DNA from: an uncultured Klebsiella sp.
Lineage (GTDB): Bacteria > Verrucomicrobiota > Verrucomicrobiia > Limisphaerales > SXTU01
Length of the DNA stretch: 64,000 bases
Assembly: GCA_964478755.1 (NCBI GenBank)
Contig: CAYZJP010000006.1
Coordinates: forward strand, 5,350 to 69,349
Direction: 5' to 3'
The notes beneath the pieces are model-generated. The model was not told where the DNA came from, did no database searches, and saw only the letters and a program-made list of their open reading frames with translations. The translations under genes and the position numbers were made by a program. Below, one piece after another: positions 44,806 to 53,292 of the stretch (positions within the stretch are counted from its first letter, which is position 1; the number at the start of each line of letters is the position of its first letter).

Positions 44806-45641
44806 CAGATCACATCAGCGAAGGTCTTCTCGGTGCGCCGGAAATACCAGATGCCTAGCGCGCACATTGCGATGGTCACCAGCCAAGACGATGCCACGGT
44901 GCGCAGTTCCAGCGGGCTGGCTCCTTTCAGGCAGGCCCAACGGAAGCCCTCGATCACCCCAACCATCGGGTTCAAATCGTAGAGCCAGCGCAGATACTCA
45001 GGCACTCGTTCACTGCCGAAGCCAACAGGGGACACATACAAGCCGAATTGGACGATGAATGGCACGACATACCGGAAGTCGCGGTATTTCACGTTCAAGG
45101 CGCAGAGGAGAAGACCGGCACCTAGCGCGGCGGCAAAGGCCTGCAGGATGAAGAGCGGCAAGGTCAAGATGCGCCAGTCCGGTGTGAACTGATACCACAC
45201 CATCAACAACGCGAGCATTACGAGGGTGATGACGAAATCCACCAGGCTGGTGATCACCGAGCCGACGGGCACGATGAGCCGCGGAAAATACACCTTGGAA
45301 ATGAGCCCCGAGTTAGAGAGAAGCGAGCCGCTCGCCTCGGAAAACGCCGAGGCAAAGAATTGCCATGGCATCATCGCCGCGCTGACAAACAGCGCGTAAG
45401 GCAGGTCGGCGGGTGCCTCCAGCTTGGCGATACGGTTGAAGACCAAGGTGAACACCACCACCGTCACGAAGGGCCGGATCACCGCCCAGGCGATGCCGAT
45501 CACCGTCTGCTTGTAACGCACCAAGATGTCGCGCCAGGCCAGAATGTAGAACAACTCGCGGTAGTTCCACAGGTCGCGCCAATACTGTTGCTCGGTGCGG
45601 CCCGCCTCAATGACCAGCTCCCTAGATTTCTCGTTTGCCAT
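44805..45641 (-). CDS. wzm: ABC-2 type polysaccharide exporter permease (Wzm-type)
   Basis: ORF 44805..45653, start at the ATG at 45641 (MANEKS). Contains LAWRDILVRYKQTVIGIAWAVIRP and six hydrophobic segments. Confidence 0.88.
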   Translation of the reverse strand: MANEKSRELVIEAGRTEQQYWRDLWNYRELFYILAWRDILVRYKQTVIGIAWAVIRPFVTVVVFTLVFNRIAKLEAPADLPYALFVSAAMMPWQFFASAFSEASGSLLSNSGLISKVYFPRLIVPVGSVITSLVDFVITLVMLALLMVWYQFTPDWRILTLPLFILQAFAAALGAGLLLCALNVKYRDFRYVVPFIVQFGLYVSPVGFGSERVPEYLRWLYDLNPMVGVIEGFRWACLKGASPLELRTVASSWLVTIAMCALGIWYFRRTEKTFADVI

Positions 45642-45659
45642 GCCAGCGTTCAATCGCAG

Positions 45660-46316
45660 TCAGTAGCGGCACCAGTAGTAAGCCATCAACACGCACTCAT
45701 GCTCGAAGGCCAGCAGGCCCTCCTTGGTGCGCCACCAGTGATCCACGTCATAATCCGGGACTGCCACGGCCACCACGCTGGCCTGCATCCCGGCGGGCCA
45801 CCTCAGCCGCCGCACCAGCCACGCCTTCCGCCGTGTGGCAAATGGCGACGCGGGCAAAACCACCCGCGTTACGCGGTTGCTCCGGACCCAGCCCTGCAAG
45901 GCCACCATCTCGCTGTGCATTGTCGCCAGCTCCTCGCCGACCACGACCAACGCCGACTCCGGCACGCCGGCTTTGCCCAGCTCGTTCAACCGCCACTGAA
46001 GCCGGGGCTCGGTGATCCCGGCGCGATCCGTGGGCTGCGTCTCTTCGCGCAGTAGCACCAATCGGTCGACCTTGTGCTCCCGAAACCAGTCGATCGCACG
46101 GTCGAACGATTGCGCGCGCGCGCCGGCACTGAGTGCGACTGCGTCGGCAGAACTGAACTGGTCGGACACGACCCACCCCCGCGCCGCGATGCGCAATGCG
46201 GGCCGCCAGAAACACCCGGCGAGCACTCCCAACAGCACGCAACCCGCAGGCAGCCAGCGCAACGCCCGCCACCGGCCACCGGCGGCGGCGCCATTATTTG
46301 AGGGCGTAGAAGACAC
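45660..46316 (-). CDS. DUF218 (YdcF/ElyC/SanA-like) protein with N-terminal anchor
   Basis: 218 aa with a TM segment followed by the DUF218-type core (DAVALSAG...VDRLVLL...). Start codon is GTG. Confidence 0.6.
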   Translation of the reverse strand: MSSTPSNNGAAAGGRWRALRWLPAGCVLLGVLAGCFWRPALRIAARGWVVSDQFSSADAVALSAGARAQSFDRAIDWFREHKVDRLVLLREETQPTDRAGITEPRLQWRLNELGKAGVPESALVVVGEELATMHSEMVALQGWVRSNRVTRVVLPASPFATRRKAWLVRRLRWPAGMQASVVAVAVPDYDVDHWWRTKEGLLAFEHECVLMAYYWCRY

Positions 46317-46953
46317 TCTTGATCAGTTCCGATTGAAACGAGATGACGCCGCGTTCGTCCCGCCACCACTCCTGCCAGCGATAGCCCGGCGGGTCCACTA
46401 CCGTGACCAGCAGGCGTGTTTCCGAGCCGTGGAACAACTTGCGCCCAAGCCGGCTCAGGCGACGCGTGTGGTAAGGATCGGTCGGCACGAGGATCGTTCG
46501 CGCGCCGTTTGTTTTAGCCCACACACGAACGGCGAGAATCTCATCGTTCGTGCTGTTGACCGCGTGGCCGACCAGCTCGTGTGCGCTGCGCGGCACGCCT
46601 TCGTGTTCCAGCACGCGCCCGATCAATTCAGTTTCCGGACTGACGGTCCGTCCCAAGCTCGCGTCCTCGACAGAGAGCGCGATGTCGGGATAAAGCACCT
46701 TGGCTGTCTTGCCGTCCTTGAACAGGCGCGCGGCGGCGAATGTGCGATACTGCGCGCCGCCGCCCCGCACCATGATCGCATCGGCGTGCTCGATGGGATC
46801 GTTCACCACCCACGCGTAAATCATCCCCGTCAGCCAGCGCTCACGCGTCTGCCACGCAACGCCCGCTAGCAACGCACATCCCAGCGCGATCGCGCCCAGC
46901 CACTTCAACCAGCGCTTGCGCCGGAGGCTGACAACGGTGGAGGTGGCGGTCAT
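46294..46953 (-). CDS. DUF218 (YdcF/ElyC/SanA-like) protein with N-terminal anchor
   Basis: 219 aa with DAIMVRGGG ... NSTNDEILAVRVWAKTNGARTILVPTDPYHTRR. Confidence 0.7.
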   Translation of the reverse strand: MTATSTVVSLRRKRWLKWLGAIALGCALLAGVAWQTRERWLTGMIYAWVVNDPIEHADAIMVRGGGAQYRTFAAARLFKDGKTAKVLYPDIALSVEDASLGRTVSPETELIGRVLEHEGVPRSAHELVGHAVNSTNDEILAVRVWAKTNGARTILVPTDPYHTRRLSRLGRKLFHGSETRLLVTVVDPPGYRWQEWWRDERGVISFQSELIKSVFYALK

Positions 46954-46968
46954 CGGGGGAAAGGGACT

Positions 46969-47979
46969 TCAGCTCTGTGCGTCGGCGAGATACCAGTGCA
47001 CCGTCTCGCGGAGACCAGTCTCGAACGTGTGCGCGGGCCGCCAGCCGAGCTCGCGGTCAATCTTGGCGGCGTCAACCGCGTAGCGGCGGTCGTGGCCGGG
47101 GCGGTCTTTCACGAAGGTGATGAGCTTGCGCGAATTGCCGCCGAGCTGCGGGGCCAATTCGTCCACGAGGTCGCAGATGAGTTCCACGATGCGGAGGTTG
47201 GGCCACTCGTTGTGGCCGCCGATGCAGTAGGTCTCGCCGTTGCGTCCACGCAAAAGTGTTTGCCAGAGGGCTTGCGCATGATCGGTCACGTAGAGCCAGT
47301 CGCGGACGTTCATGCCGTCGCCGTAAACTGGAATGGGCTGACGGGCAGCCGCTTTCCCGATGACGACGGGGATGAGTTTCTCAGGGAACTGGCGCGGGCC
47401 ATAGTTGTTCGAGCAGTTCGTGATGACGGTGTCCAGGCCGTAGGTGTGGTGATACGCACGGACGAGCAGATCGCTGGCGGCCTTGCTTGCGGCGTAAGGC
47501 GAGTTCGGCGCGTAGGGCGTGGTCTCGGTGAAGTGGCCCGTCGTGCCGAGGCTGCCGAAGACTTCATCGGTGCTGACGTGCAAGAAACGCGCGCACAACT
47601 TGGAACCTAAAACTTGAAACTCGGAACTGCTCCACTGGGCGCGGCAGGCTTCGAGGAGGTTGAAGGTGCCGACGATGTTGGTCTGGATGAAGTCGCCGGG
47701 GCCTTCGATGGAGCGGTCCACGTGCGACTCTGCCGCGAGGTGCAGGACATGCGTGATGGCGTGCTCGCTCACGACGCGGAGCGTGGCGGTCTTGTCGCGC
47801 AAGTCCACTTGCTCGAAGCGATACTTTGGATGCGCGGCGACGGACTGCGCGTTCTCCAAGCAACCCGCGTAGGTGAGGCAGTCGAGGTTCACGACGCGCG
47901 CGACTTCCGGCTGCGCCACCACGTGATCGAGCACATGAGAGCCGATGAAGCCGCAACCGCCGGTGACGAGGAGGTTCAC
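46969..47979 (-). CDS. rfbB: dTDP-glucose 4,6-dehydratase
   Basis: Motifs [13 protein letters not shown] and YAASK. Start set to the GTG at 47979; the ORF track begins at the TTG at 47991. Confidence 0.9.
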   Translation of the reverse strand: MNLLVTGGCGFIGSHVLDHVVAQPEVARVVNLDCLTYAGCLENAQSVAAHPKYRFEQVDLRDKTATLRVVSEHAITHVLHLAAESHVDRSIEGPGDFIQTNIVGTFNLLEACRAQWSSSEFQVLGSKLCARFLHVSTDEVFGSLGTTGHFTETTPYAPNSPYAASKAASDLLVRAYHHTYGLDTVITNCSNNYGPRQFPEKLIPVVIGKAAARQPIPVYGDGMNVRDWLYVTDHAQALWQTLLRGRNGETYCIGGHNEWPNLRIVELICDLVDELAPQLGGNSRKLITFVKDRPGHDRRYAVDAAKIDRELGWRPAHTFETGLRETVHWYLADAQS

Positions 47980-47983
47980 TGGC

Positions 47984-48868
47984 TCAGGCAAGATTGCCGA
48001 TGCGCCGGAACTCGGCGGCGACGCCCTGCAGGTAATCGCGATACTCGCAACCCGGCATCTTCGCCGTGAGTGCCTCGAACTGCTCCACGCTCAGGAAGCC
48101 GCGCCGCAGGGCCGCTTCCTCCGGGCAGCCGATCTTCACACCCTGCCGCTTCTCGATGGTCTGCACATAGGCAGACGCATCATGCAAACTCGTGCTCGTG
48201 CCGGCGTCGAGCCACGCGAAGCCGCGGCTGAGGCGACGCACCGCGAGCCGTTCACGGCGGAGGTATTCCTTGTTCAAGTCGGTGATTTCCAATTCACCGC
48301 GTGGTGAGGGCTTCAGCGCCTTGGTGAGCGCGACCACCTCGTTGTCGTAGAGATACACGCCCGGCACGGCGTAGTTGCTCTTTGGCTGCCTGGGCTTTTC
48401 CTCCAGTGAAATGGCCCGACCGCTGGCATCGAATTCCACCACGCCGTAGCGCTGCGGATCGTGGACGTGATAGGCAAAGATGGTCGCTCCGCCGGCAAAC
48501 TCCGCGACGGCGCGCGGGAAGGTGTCGTCGCCGGAGAAGATGTTGTCGCCCAGGATGAGCGTCACCGCGTCGCGCCCGATGAAGGACTCGGCGATGAGAA
48601 ACGCCTGCGCGATGCCCTCGGGCTTCGCCTGCTCGCGATACTCGATGCTTACGCCCCACGCGGAGCCGTCGCCGAGAAGCTGGCGGAAGCGCGGCAGATC
48701 GTGCGGCGTGGAAATGAGGCACAGTTCACGGACGCCGCTGGCCATGAGCGTGGTCAGCGGGTAATAGACCATCGGCTTGTCATAGACGGGCTGGAGCTGT
48801 TTGCTGGCCACCAAGGTCAGTGGAAACAACCGGGAGCCTGCGCCGCCTGCGAGGATTATGCCTTTCAT
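47984..48868 (-). CDS. rfbA: Glucose-1-phosphate thymidylyltransferase
   Basis: [18 protein letters not shown]. Start is the ATG at 48868. Confidence 0.92.
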   Translation of the reverse strand: MKGIILAGGAGSRLFPLTLVASKQLQPVYDKPMVYYPLTTLMASGVRELCLISTPHDLPRFRQLLGDGSAWGVSIEYREQAKPEGIAQAFLIAESFIGRDAVTLILGDNIFSGDDTFPRAVAEFAGGATIFAYHVHDPQRYGVVEFDASGRAISLEEKPRQPKSNYAVPGVYLYDNEVVALTKALKPSPRGELEITDLNKEYLRRERLAVRRLSRGFAWLDAGTSTSLHDASAYVQTIEKRQGVKIGCPEEAALRRGFLSVEQFEALTAKMPGCEYRDYLQGVAAEFRRIGNLA

Positions 48869-48875
48869 GGCGACC

Positions 48876-50627
48876 TCAATTCTTCCGCGTGACGATCCAG
48901 TCACCCAGCACGAGCACGTCCATCTTCGTGCGCAGGAAGCAATCGAGCGCTTCCTCGGGCCGGCAGACCACGGGCTCGTTCTCGTTGAACGACGTGTTCA
49001 GCACCATCGGCACACCGGTCAGCGCACGGTAGCTGTCGATGAGCCGGTGATAGCGCGGGTTGGTTTCCTGGTGGACGGTCTGCAACCTGCCTGAACCGTC
49101 CACGTGCGTGGTGGCCGGCACAAGCGCGCGTTTCTCAGCGCGGACTTGGAAAACTTCCATCATGAAGGGCACGTCGTCCTCCTGCTCAAACCACTCGGCC
49201 ACGTGCTCGCGCAAGATGCTCGGCGCAAACGGGCGGAAGCTCTCGCGGCGTTTGATCTTGAGGTTGAGAATGTCCTTCATGTCCGCGCGGCGCGGGTCGC
49301 CGAGGATGGAGCGGTTGCCCAGCGCGCGCGGCCCCCATTCCATGCGGCCTTGGAACCAGCCGATGACTTTGCCTTCAATGATGGCCTGCGCCGTGCGGCG
49401 GCAAAGTTCCCCTTCGTCGGCAAGATGCTCAGTGGTGCAACTCTCCGCGCGGATGTCCGCCGCCTTGCGGTCGAGAAGCATCTTCATCTCCGCTTCAGTC
49501 GCGCTCGGACCCCAGTATCCGTGGTCCATGGGCAGGCGTGTTTTCACATCGCCGAGCCGGTTGGCGACGACAAACGCGGAGCCGATGGCACCGCCAGCAT
49601 CGCCCGCCGCAGCGGGAAGATACATCCGCTTGAACGGTGACTTGAGGTAAATCTTCCCGTTTGCGACGGAGTTCATCGCGCAGCCGCCGGAAAGCGCGAG
49701 GTTCGGGCAGCGATACTTCGCGTGCAACGTGTGGAGCAGCGCGAAGAACGTCTCCTCATACATCGCCTGCGCCGATCGGGCCAAATCCTTGTGCCGCTGG
49801 TCGAGCGGCTCGCCGGCTTTGCGCGCAGGGCCGAGAAGTTTTTCCAGCTCGGGGCTGAAGACCGTGCCAATCTCGGGCGAGCAGTTGTCCCACGTGTAGT
49901 GGACGTTCTCGCGGTGGTGCCGGAAGAACTCCAAGGCGAGCTTGAACGTGCCGTCGAACTGCACACGCACGATTTGCCGCATCTGCTCCAGAAACTTTGG
50001 CTCACCGTAGGGTGCGAGACCCATGACCTTGTATTCGTCGCCGTAATGCGGAAAGCCGATGAACTGCGTGATGGCCGTGTAGAAGAGGCCCAGTGAGTGG
50101 GGGAAGTAAACCCGTCCGTCAATATGGATGCTCCCGCCGCGCCCCATGCCCCACGCCGAGCTGGCGAAATCCCCGAAGCCGTCCACCGAGAGGCACACCG
50201 CCTGGTCGAAGTTCCCGACGTGAAACGCGGAGGCGAGGTGCGCGAGGTGATGCTCGACGTGGTGCATCTGCGCACGCAGCGTCTCGCCCGGCAAGGCCGC
50301 ACGCACCGAGTCTTCGAAGGACGACGCGCGGCGGATGTTGCGGATGCGATTGAGGATCAACTTCGGGCTGGGCATCCGACGCAGCGCGTAGGCCACGCGG
50401 CGGAAATTGTTCACCGACGGATCACGGTTGATGGCGACGTGCTCGACGTCCGCGAGCTTGAGACCGTCCTCGCGCAACACGTAGCGGATCGCCTCCGACG
50501 GCATACCTGACCAGTGTTTCACGCGGCGGAAGCGCTCCTCCTCCGCGCACGCGACAAGCTTGCCATCACGCACGAGGCAAGCAGCGGAATCACCGTGAAA
50601 CGCGTTCAGTCCGAGAATGACAGCCAT
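48876..50627 (-). CDS. Carbamoyltransferase (NodU/CmcH family), second paralogue
   Basis: ORF 48876..50696 trimmed to the ATG at 50627 (MAVILGLNAFHGDSAACLV). Contains HHLAHLASAF and VLNTSFNENEPVV. It lacks the C-terminal tail found in the copy at 8917. Confidence 0.9.
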   Translation of the reverse strand: MAVILGLNAFHGDSAACLVRDGKLVACAEEERFRRVKHWSGMPSEAIRYVLREDGLKLADVEHVAINRDPSVNNFRRVAYALRRMPSPKLILNRIRNIRRASSFEDSVRAALPGETLRAQMHHVEHHLAHLASAFHVGNFDQAVCLSVDGFGDFASSAWGMGRGGSIHIDGRVYFPHSLGLFYTAITQFIGFPHYGDEYKVMGLAPYGEPKFLEQMRQIVRVQFDGTFKLALEFFRHHRENVHYTWDNCSPEIGTVFSPELEKLLGPARKAGEPLDQRHKDLARSAQAMYEETFFALLHTLHAKYRCPNLALSGGCAMNSVANGKIYLKSPFKRMYLPAAAGDAGGAIGSAFVVANRLGDVKTRLPMDHGYWGPSATEAEMKMLLDRKAADIRAESCTTEHLADEGELCRRTAQAIIEGKVIGWFQGRMEWGPRALGNRSILGDPRRADMKDILNLKIKRRESFRPFAPSILREHVAEWFEQEDDVPFMMEVFQVRAEKRALVPATTHVDGSGRLQTVHQETNPRYHRLIDSYRALTGVPMVLNTSFNENEPVVCRPEEALDCFLRTKMDVLVLGDWIVTRKN

Positions 50628-50777
50628 GCGCCGCGGAAAGAAATCAGGCCAAGCTGCCGCCCTTGGTCGGGAGCCGGAAAACTCCGGCCAGACCATGCTG
50701 GCGCACCGCGTTCGATTGTCTGTTTCGCGACACGAGGTCGGAAACCGTCTGCCCTGCCCGGCGAACCGGGCGAAAAG

Positions 50778-51308
50778 TCACTTGCCGAGGAACCGGATCA
50801 GCAGCGGCAGCAGGCCCGCCGCGCGCCGGTGCCAGTTCTCCAACTGCTTCACACGCTGGACGACGTGCGTCCGCTGCTCCGCCGACGCACTGGCGGCCAG
50901 CCGCTTGAGCCGCGCGAGCCGGTCCTCGCCGCTGTCCAAGTGCGGCTCGATTTGCTCCTTGAGGAACCCCGTCGCCAGCGCGCGCAGGCCGACTTCGGCC
51001 TCGTAACGATCGCAGCGGGAACCATTCTCGGCACTGAGACGCACCGCGCCCGTGCTGCGGAGGAATTTCAGGCCCTGGCTTGCCGAGCCTTTGCTGATGT
51101 CCAGCCGCGCGGCGATCTCGTCCAAGCTCAACGGAGCATGGGAGATGTAGAGCAAACCGTAAATCTGACCGACGGACTTGGGCAGCCCCACCACCTGCGA
51201 CAAGCCCACAAACAGTTCCACTGCCTCGGCTTCCAAAGCCGTGAGTGCAGTCGGTGCCGGAGCGCTGGCCAGGCGGCTGTTTGAGCTTTCGGTGGCGTTG
51301 AGGGCCAT
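50778..51308 (-). CDS. GbsR/MarR-family winged-helix transcriptional regulator
   Basis: LPKSVGQIYGLLYISHAPLSLDEIAARLDISKGSASQGLKFLRSTGAV. The start is the ATG at 51308 or the GTG/ATG at 51341/51338. Confidence 0.7.
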   Translation of the reverse strand: MALNATESSNSRLASAPAPTALTALEAEAVELFVGLSQVVGLPKSVGQIYGLLYISHAPLSLDEIAARLDISKGSASQGLKFLRSTGAVRLSAENGSRCDRYEAEVGLRALATGFLKEQIEPHLDSGEDRLARLKRLAASASAEQRTHVVQRVKQLENWHRRAAGLLPLLIRFLGK

Positions 51309-51344
51309 AAACGACAGGCCCGCACTCAAGCAGATCATCACTTA

Positions 51345-51366
51345 TTGTTCAATAATTTTTGAACAA
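51345..51366. promoter_or_regulatory. AT-rich perfect inverted repeat TTGTTCA-N8-TGAACAA (candidate operator/promoter element)
   Basis: TTGTTCAATAATTTTTGAACAA lies immediately upstream of the GbsR/MarR gene. It is conspicuous in otherwise GC-rich DNA. Confidence 0.45.
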
Positions 51367-51439
51367 CTCTCCAACGACACCACTTCCCAGCCAAAGTGAA
51401 GCCGAGGCCTGCACCCCCATCGAGAACCGCGCTCGGCTA

Positions 51440-52573
51440 CTACTTCAGTGCCGCGCGGATCACCGGCTCGAAGATGTCCGCCTGCCGCATGAAACCGAGG
51501 TCATTCGCGTGCGAGGCGTCCGTCGCGCCGTCGGCATCGTCGCCGTAAAGATGGTCGCCGCCGATGTAGTGCAGCTTCGCAACACCGTCCTTCTTCAACT
51601 GCTCGTAGGCGGCCCGCAACGCGGCGTGGTTGTCGTCGTGGAATTTTTTCTTCGCGGGCGTGATCCAGTCATTCGTGAAGCGCCGGTCCTCGACGAGCAC
51701 GATGGGGGTGTTGGGCCGCGACGCGCGGAGCTGTTTCACCAGCGGGATGCACTTGGCCGTCACATCCGCCGGTCCCATGTTCGGCAGGCAGTCAATCACA
51801 TACACGGCGGCGTCAATCTCCGTCAGCAGCTCGCCCACGGCGGCGTCCATGCGGCCGTTGCCGGAGAAACCGACGTTGATGACGGGCCGGTCGAAACGCC
51901 GGCCGAGAATCGCCGTATGCACCATGCCGGGCCGCGACGCACACGCGCCGTGAGTGATGGACGTGCCGTAGAAGATGATCGGCTTCTCCGTGCGCGGCGC
52001 GAGGCCCTCGAACTTCGCGCCCGCCGGCACGCCGATTTCGAGCGACTCGATGCCGTTGTAGAGCGGGAGATAGGCCGCGTATTCGCGTTCGCCGGGCGCG
52101 AGATCGCTGATGATGGTGGCCTCGACCTTCGGCGAGCTGGGCCGCGTGACGTTGACCCACTTCCATTTTTCGTCGGTGTCGCGCGCGTAGAGGTCGAGGC
52201 CGCTGACGCCGGTGGCGGGCATGTGCGGCATGGCGAGGTTCGTCTTGGAGAGCGTGTAGCGCGTGTAGATGGCCTTCGCGTCCGTCTTGAAGCGCACCAT
52301 CATGCCGGCGCTGTCGCGGCTCAGGCTCCAGACGGCGGACGTGACCTTGCCCTCGGCCTTGGCGGGCAGGCGGTCGAACCACCGCTTGCGCTCCTGATCG
52401 GCCCAGCCACGGCCCTCGACGCCCCACTTCGTCACGTCATGCCATGCAGCATCGGCGGGAATCGCATTCGCAGCAGCTTTGGGCGGCGCGGGTTTCACCG
52501 CCGGCTTGGGCGCGGGCTGCTGGGCAACAACCGTGGTGGCGAGGACGAACGCGAGGAAGAGGGCGGATCTCAT
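51440..52573 (-). CDS. Secreted SGNH/GDSL-type carbohydrate esterase
   Basis: ORF 51440..52657 trimmed to the ATG at 52573 (MRSALFLAFVLATTVVAQQ, signal-peptide-like). Blocks IIFYGTSITHG and FSGNG. Confidence 0.75.
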   Translation of the reverse strand: MRSALFLAFVLATTVVAQQPAPKPAVKPAPPKAAANAIPADAAWHDVTKWGVEGRGWADQERKRWFDRLPAKAEGKVTSAVWSLSRDSAGMMVRFKTDAKAIYTRYTLSKTNLAMPHMPATGVSGLDLYARDTDEKWKWVNVTRPSSPKVEATIISDLAPGEREYAAYLPLYNGIESLEIGVPAGAKFEGLAPRTEKPIIFYGTSITHGACASRPGMVHTAILGRRFDRPVINVGFSGNGRMDAAVGELLTEIDAAVYVIDCLPNMGPADVTAKCIPLVKQLRASRPNTPIVLVEDRRFTNDWITPAKKKFHDDNHAALRAAYEQLKKDGVAKLHYIGGDHLYGDDADGATDASHANDLGFMRQADIFEPVIRAALK

Positions 52574-52649
52574 GGCGAGGGCGGAATGTTTCTGAACTGG
52601 GTTCACGCGAGGAGTCTTGGCCGGGCGCAGGCCGGGCGTCAACGCCGTG

Positions 52650-52715
52650 TCACTCAAACAGCCCCTGAATCTCCTCCCACGTCAGGTTGTCCGCGAGGGT
52701 TTCCTCACCGCCGAG
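52650..52715 (-). pseudogene. Detached copy of the last 21 codons + stop of the SNF2 helicase gene
   Basis: Encodes LGGEETLADNLTWEEIQGLFE*, identical in protein to the end of 53293..56454. There are 7 nucleotide differences in 66 nt and all are silent. Confidence 0.8.
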
Positions 52716-52784
52716 GGCAGTGGACTCCGCTGCTGCTTCGGAGCCGGACTTGCTTGCAGTGAGAGGCATCGCTAGTTTCGGAGC

Positions 52785-52988
52785 ATGAAGTTTCGCTTGT
52801 TGGTCACGCTGGATGAACAGACGCACCGTTGGTCGGCGGTTTTCCCCGAATTGCCCGGCTGTGCCACGGCGGGCGACACTGAGGCGGAGGCTGTAGCGAA
52901 CGCCAAAGAAGCGCTCGACCTGTGGTTCGAGCCGACCCCCGTGAAACTGGCCAAAAGTGCCAAGCTGTTGGAACTCGCGGTGCCGTGA
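52785..52988 (+). CDS. hicB: HicB-family antitoxin (short, UPF0150-type, no DNA-binding domain)
   Basis: 67 aa: MKFRLLVTLDEQTHRWSAVFPELPGCATAGDTEAEAVANAKEAL. Confidence 0.8.
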   Translation: MKFRLLVTLDEQTHRWSAVFPELPGCATAGDTEAEAVANAKEALDLWFEPTPVKLAKSAKLLELAVP

Positions 52989-53202
52989 GCCGCGCTTTCC
53001 AATCCGCAACGCGAAGGAGGTCGTGCAGGTTCTCCGTCGGCACGGCTTCGCGTTGGTGGGTCAGGCCGGAAGCCATCAGAAATGGCGGCATCCCAACGGA
53101 CGGCAGGTCATCGTGGCGATGCACGGGAGCAAGCCCATCCCGATTGGCACGCTCAAGAGCATCATCGAAGGCAGTGGCTTGGGCGTGGAGGAGTTTCGGT
53201 AG
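52957..53202 (+). CDS. hicA: HicA-family mRNA interferase toxin
   Basis: KEVVQVLRRHGFALVGQAGSHQKWRHPNGRQVIVAMHGSKPIPIGTLKSII. The GTG start at 52957 overlaps hicB, and the exact start is uncertain. Confidence 0.8.
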   Translation: MPSCWNSRCREPRFPIRNAKEVVQVLRRHGFALVGQAGSHQKWRHPNGRQVIVAMHGSKPIPIGTLKSIIEGSGLGVEEFR

Positions 53203-53292
53203 TTTGGCAGCGGGTGATCAAAGCAGTGTGGAGCAGCAAGGCCAGGGACTGAGCTTTGCCAAGCCAGAAAGAGTGAAGTTGTCCCGGCCAAT

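Noticed and set aside
50654-50661. GGCGGCAG (minus strand) in the leader of the first glycan gene, resembling the ops/JUMPStart element GGCGGTAG.
   Set aside because: It has one mismatch in an 8-mer within GC-rich DNA, which is easily chance. No RfaH/LoaP-type gene is visible and there is no evidence that ops is used in this lineage.
52650-53009. A 119-aa minus-strand ORF overlapping hicB.
   Set aside because: Only its last 21 codons are meaningful (the SNF2 tail copy). The rest is antisense to the well-supported hicB gene and has no recognisable features.
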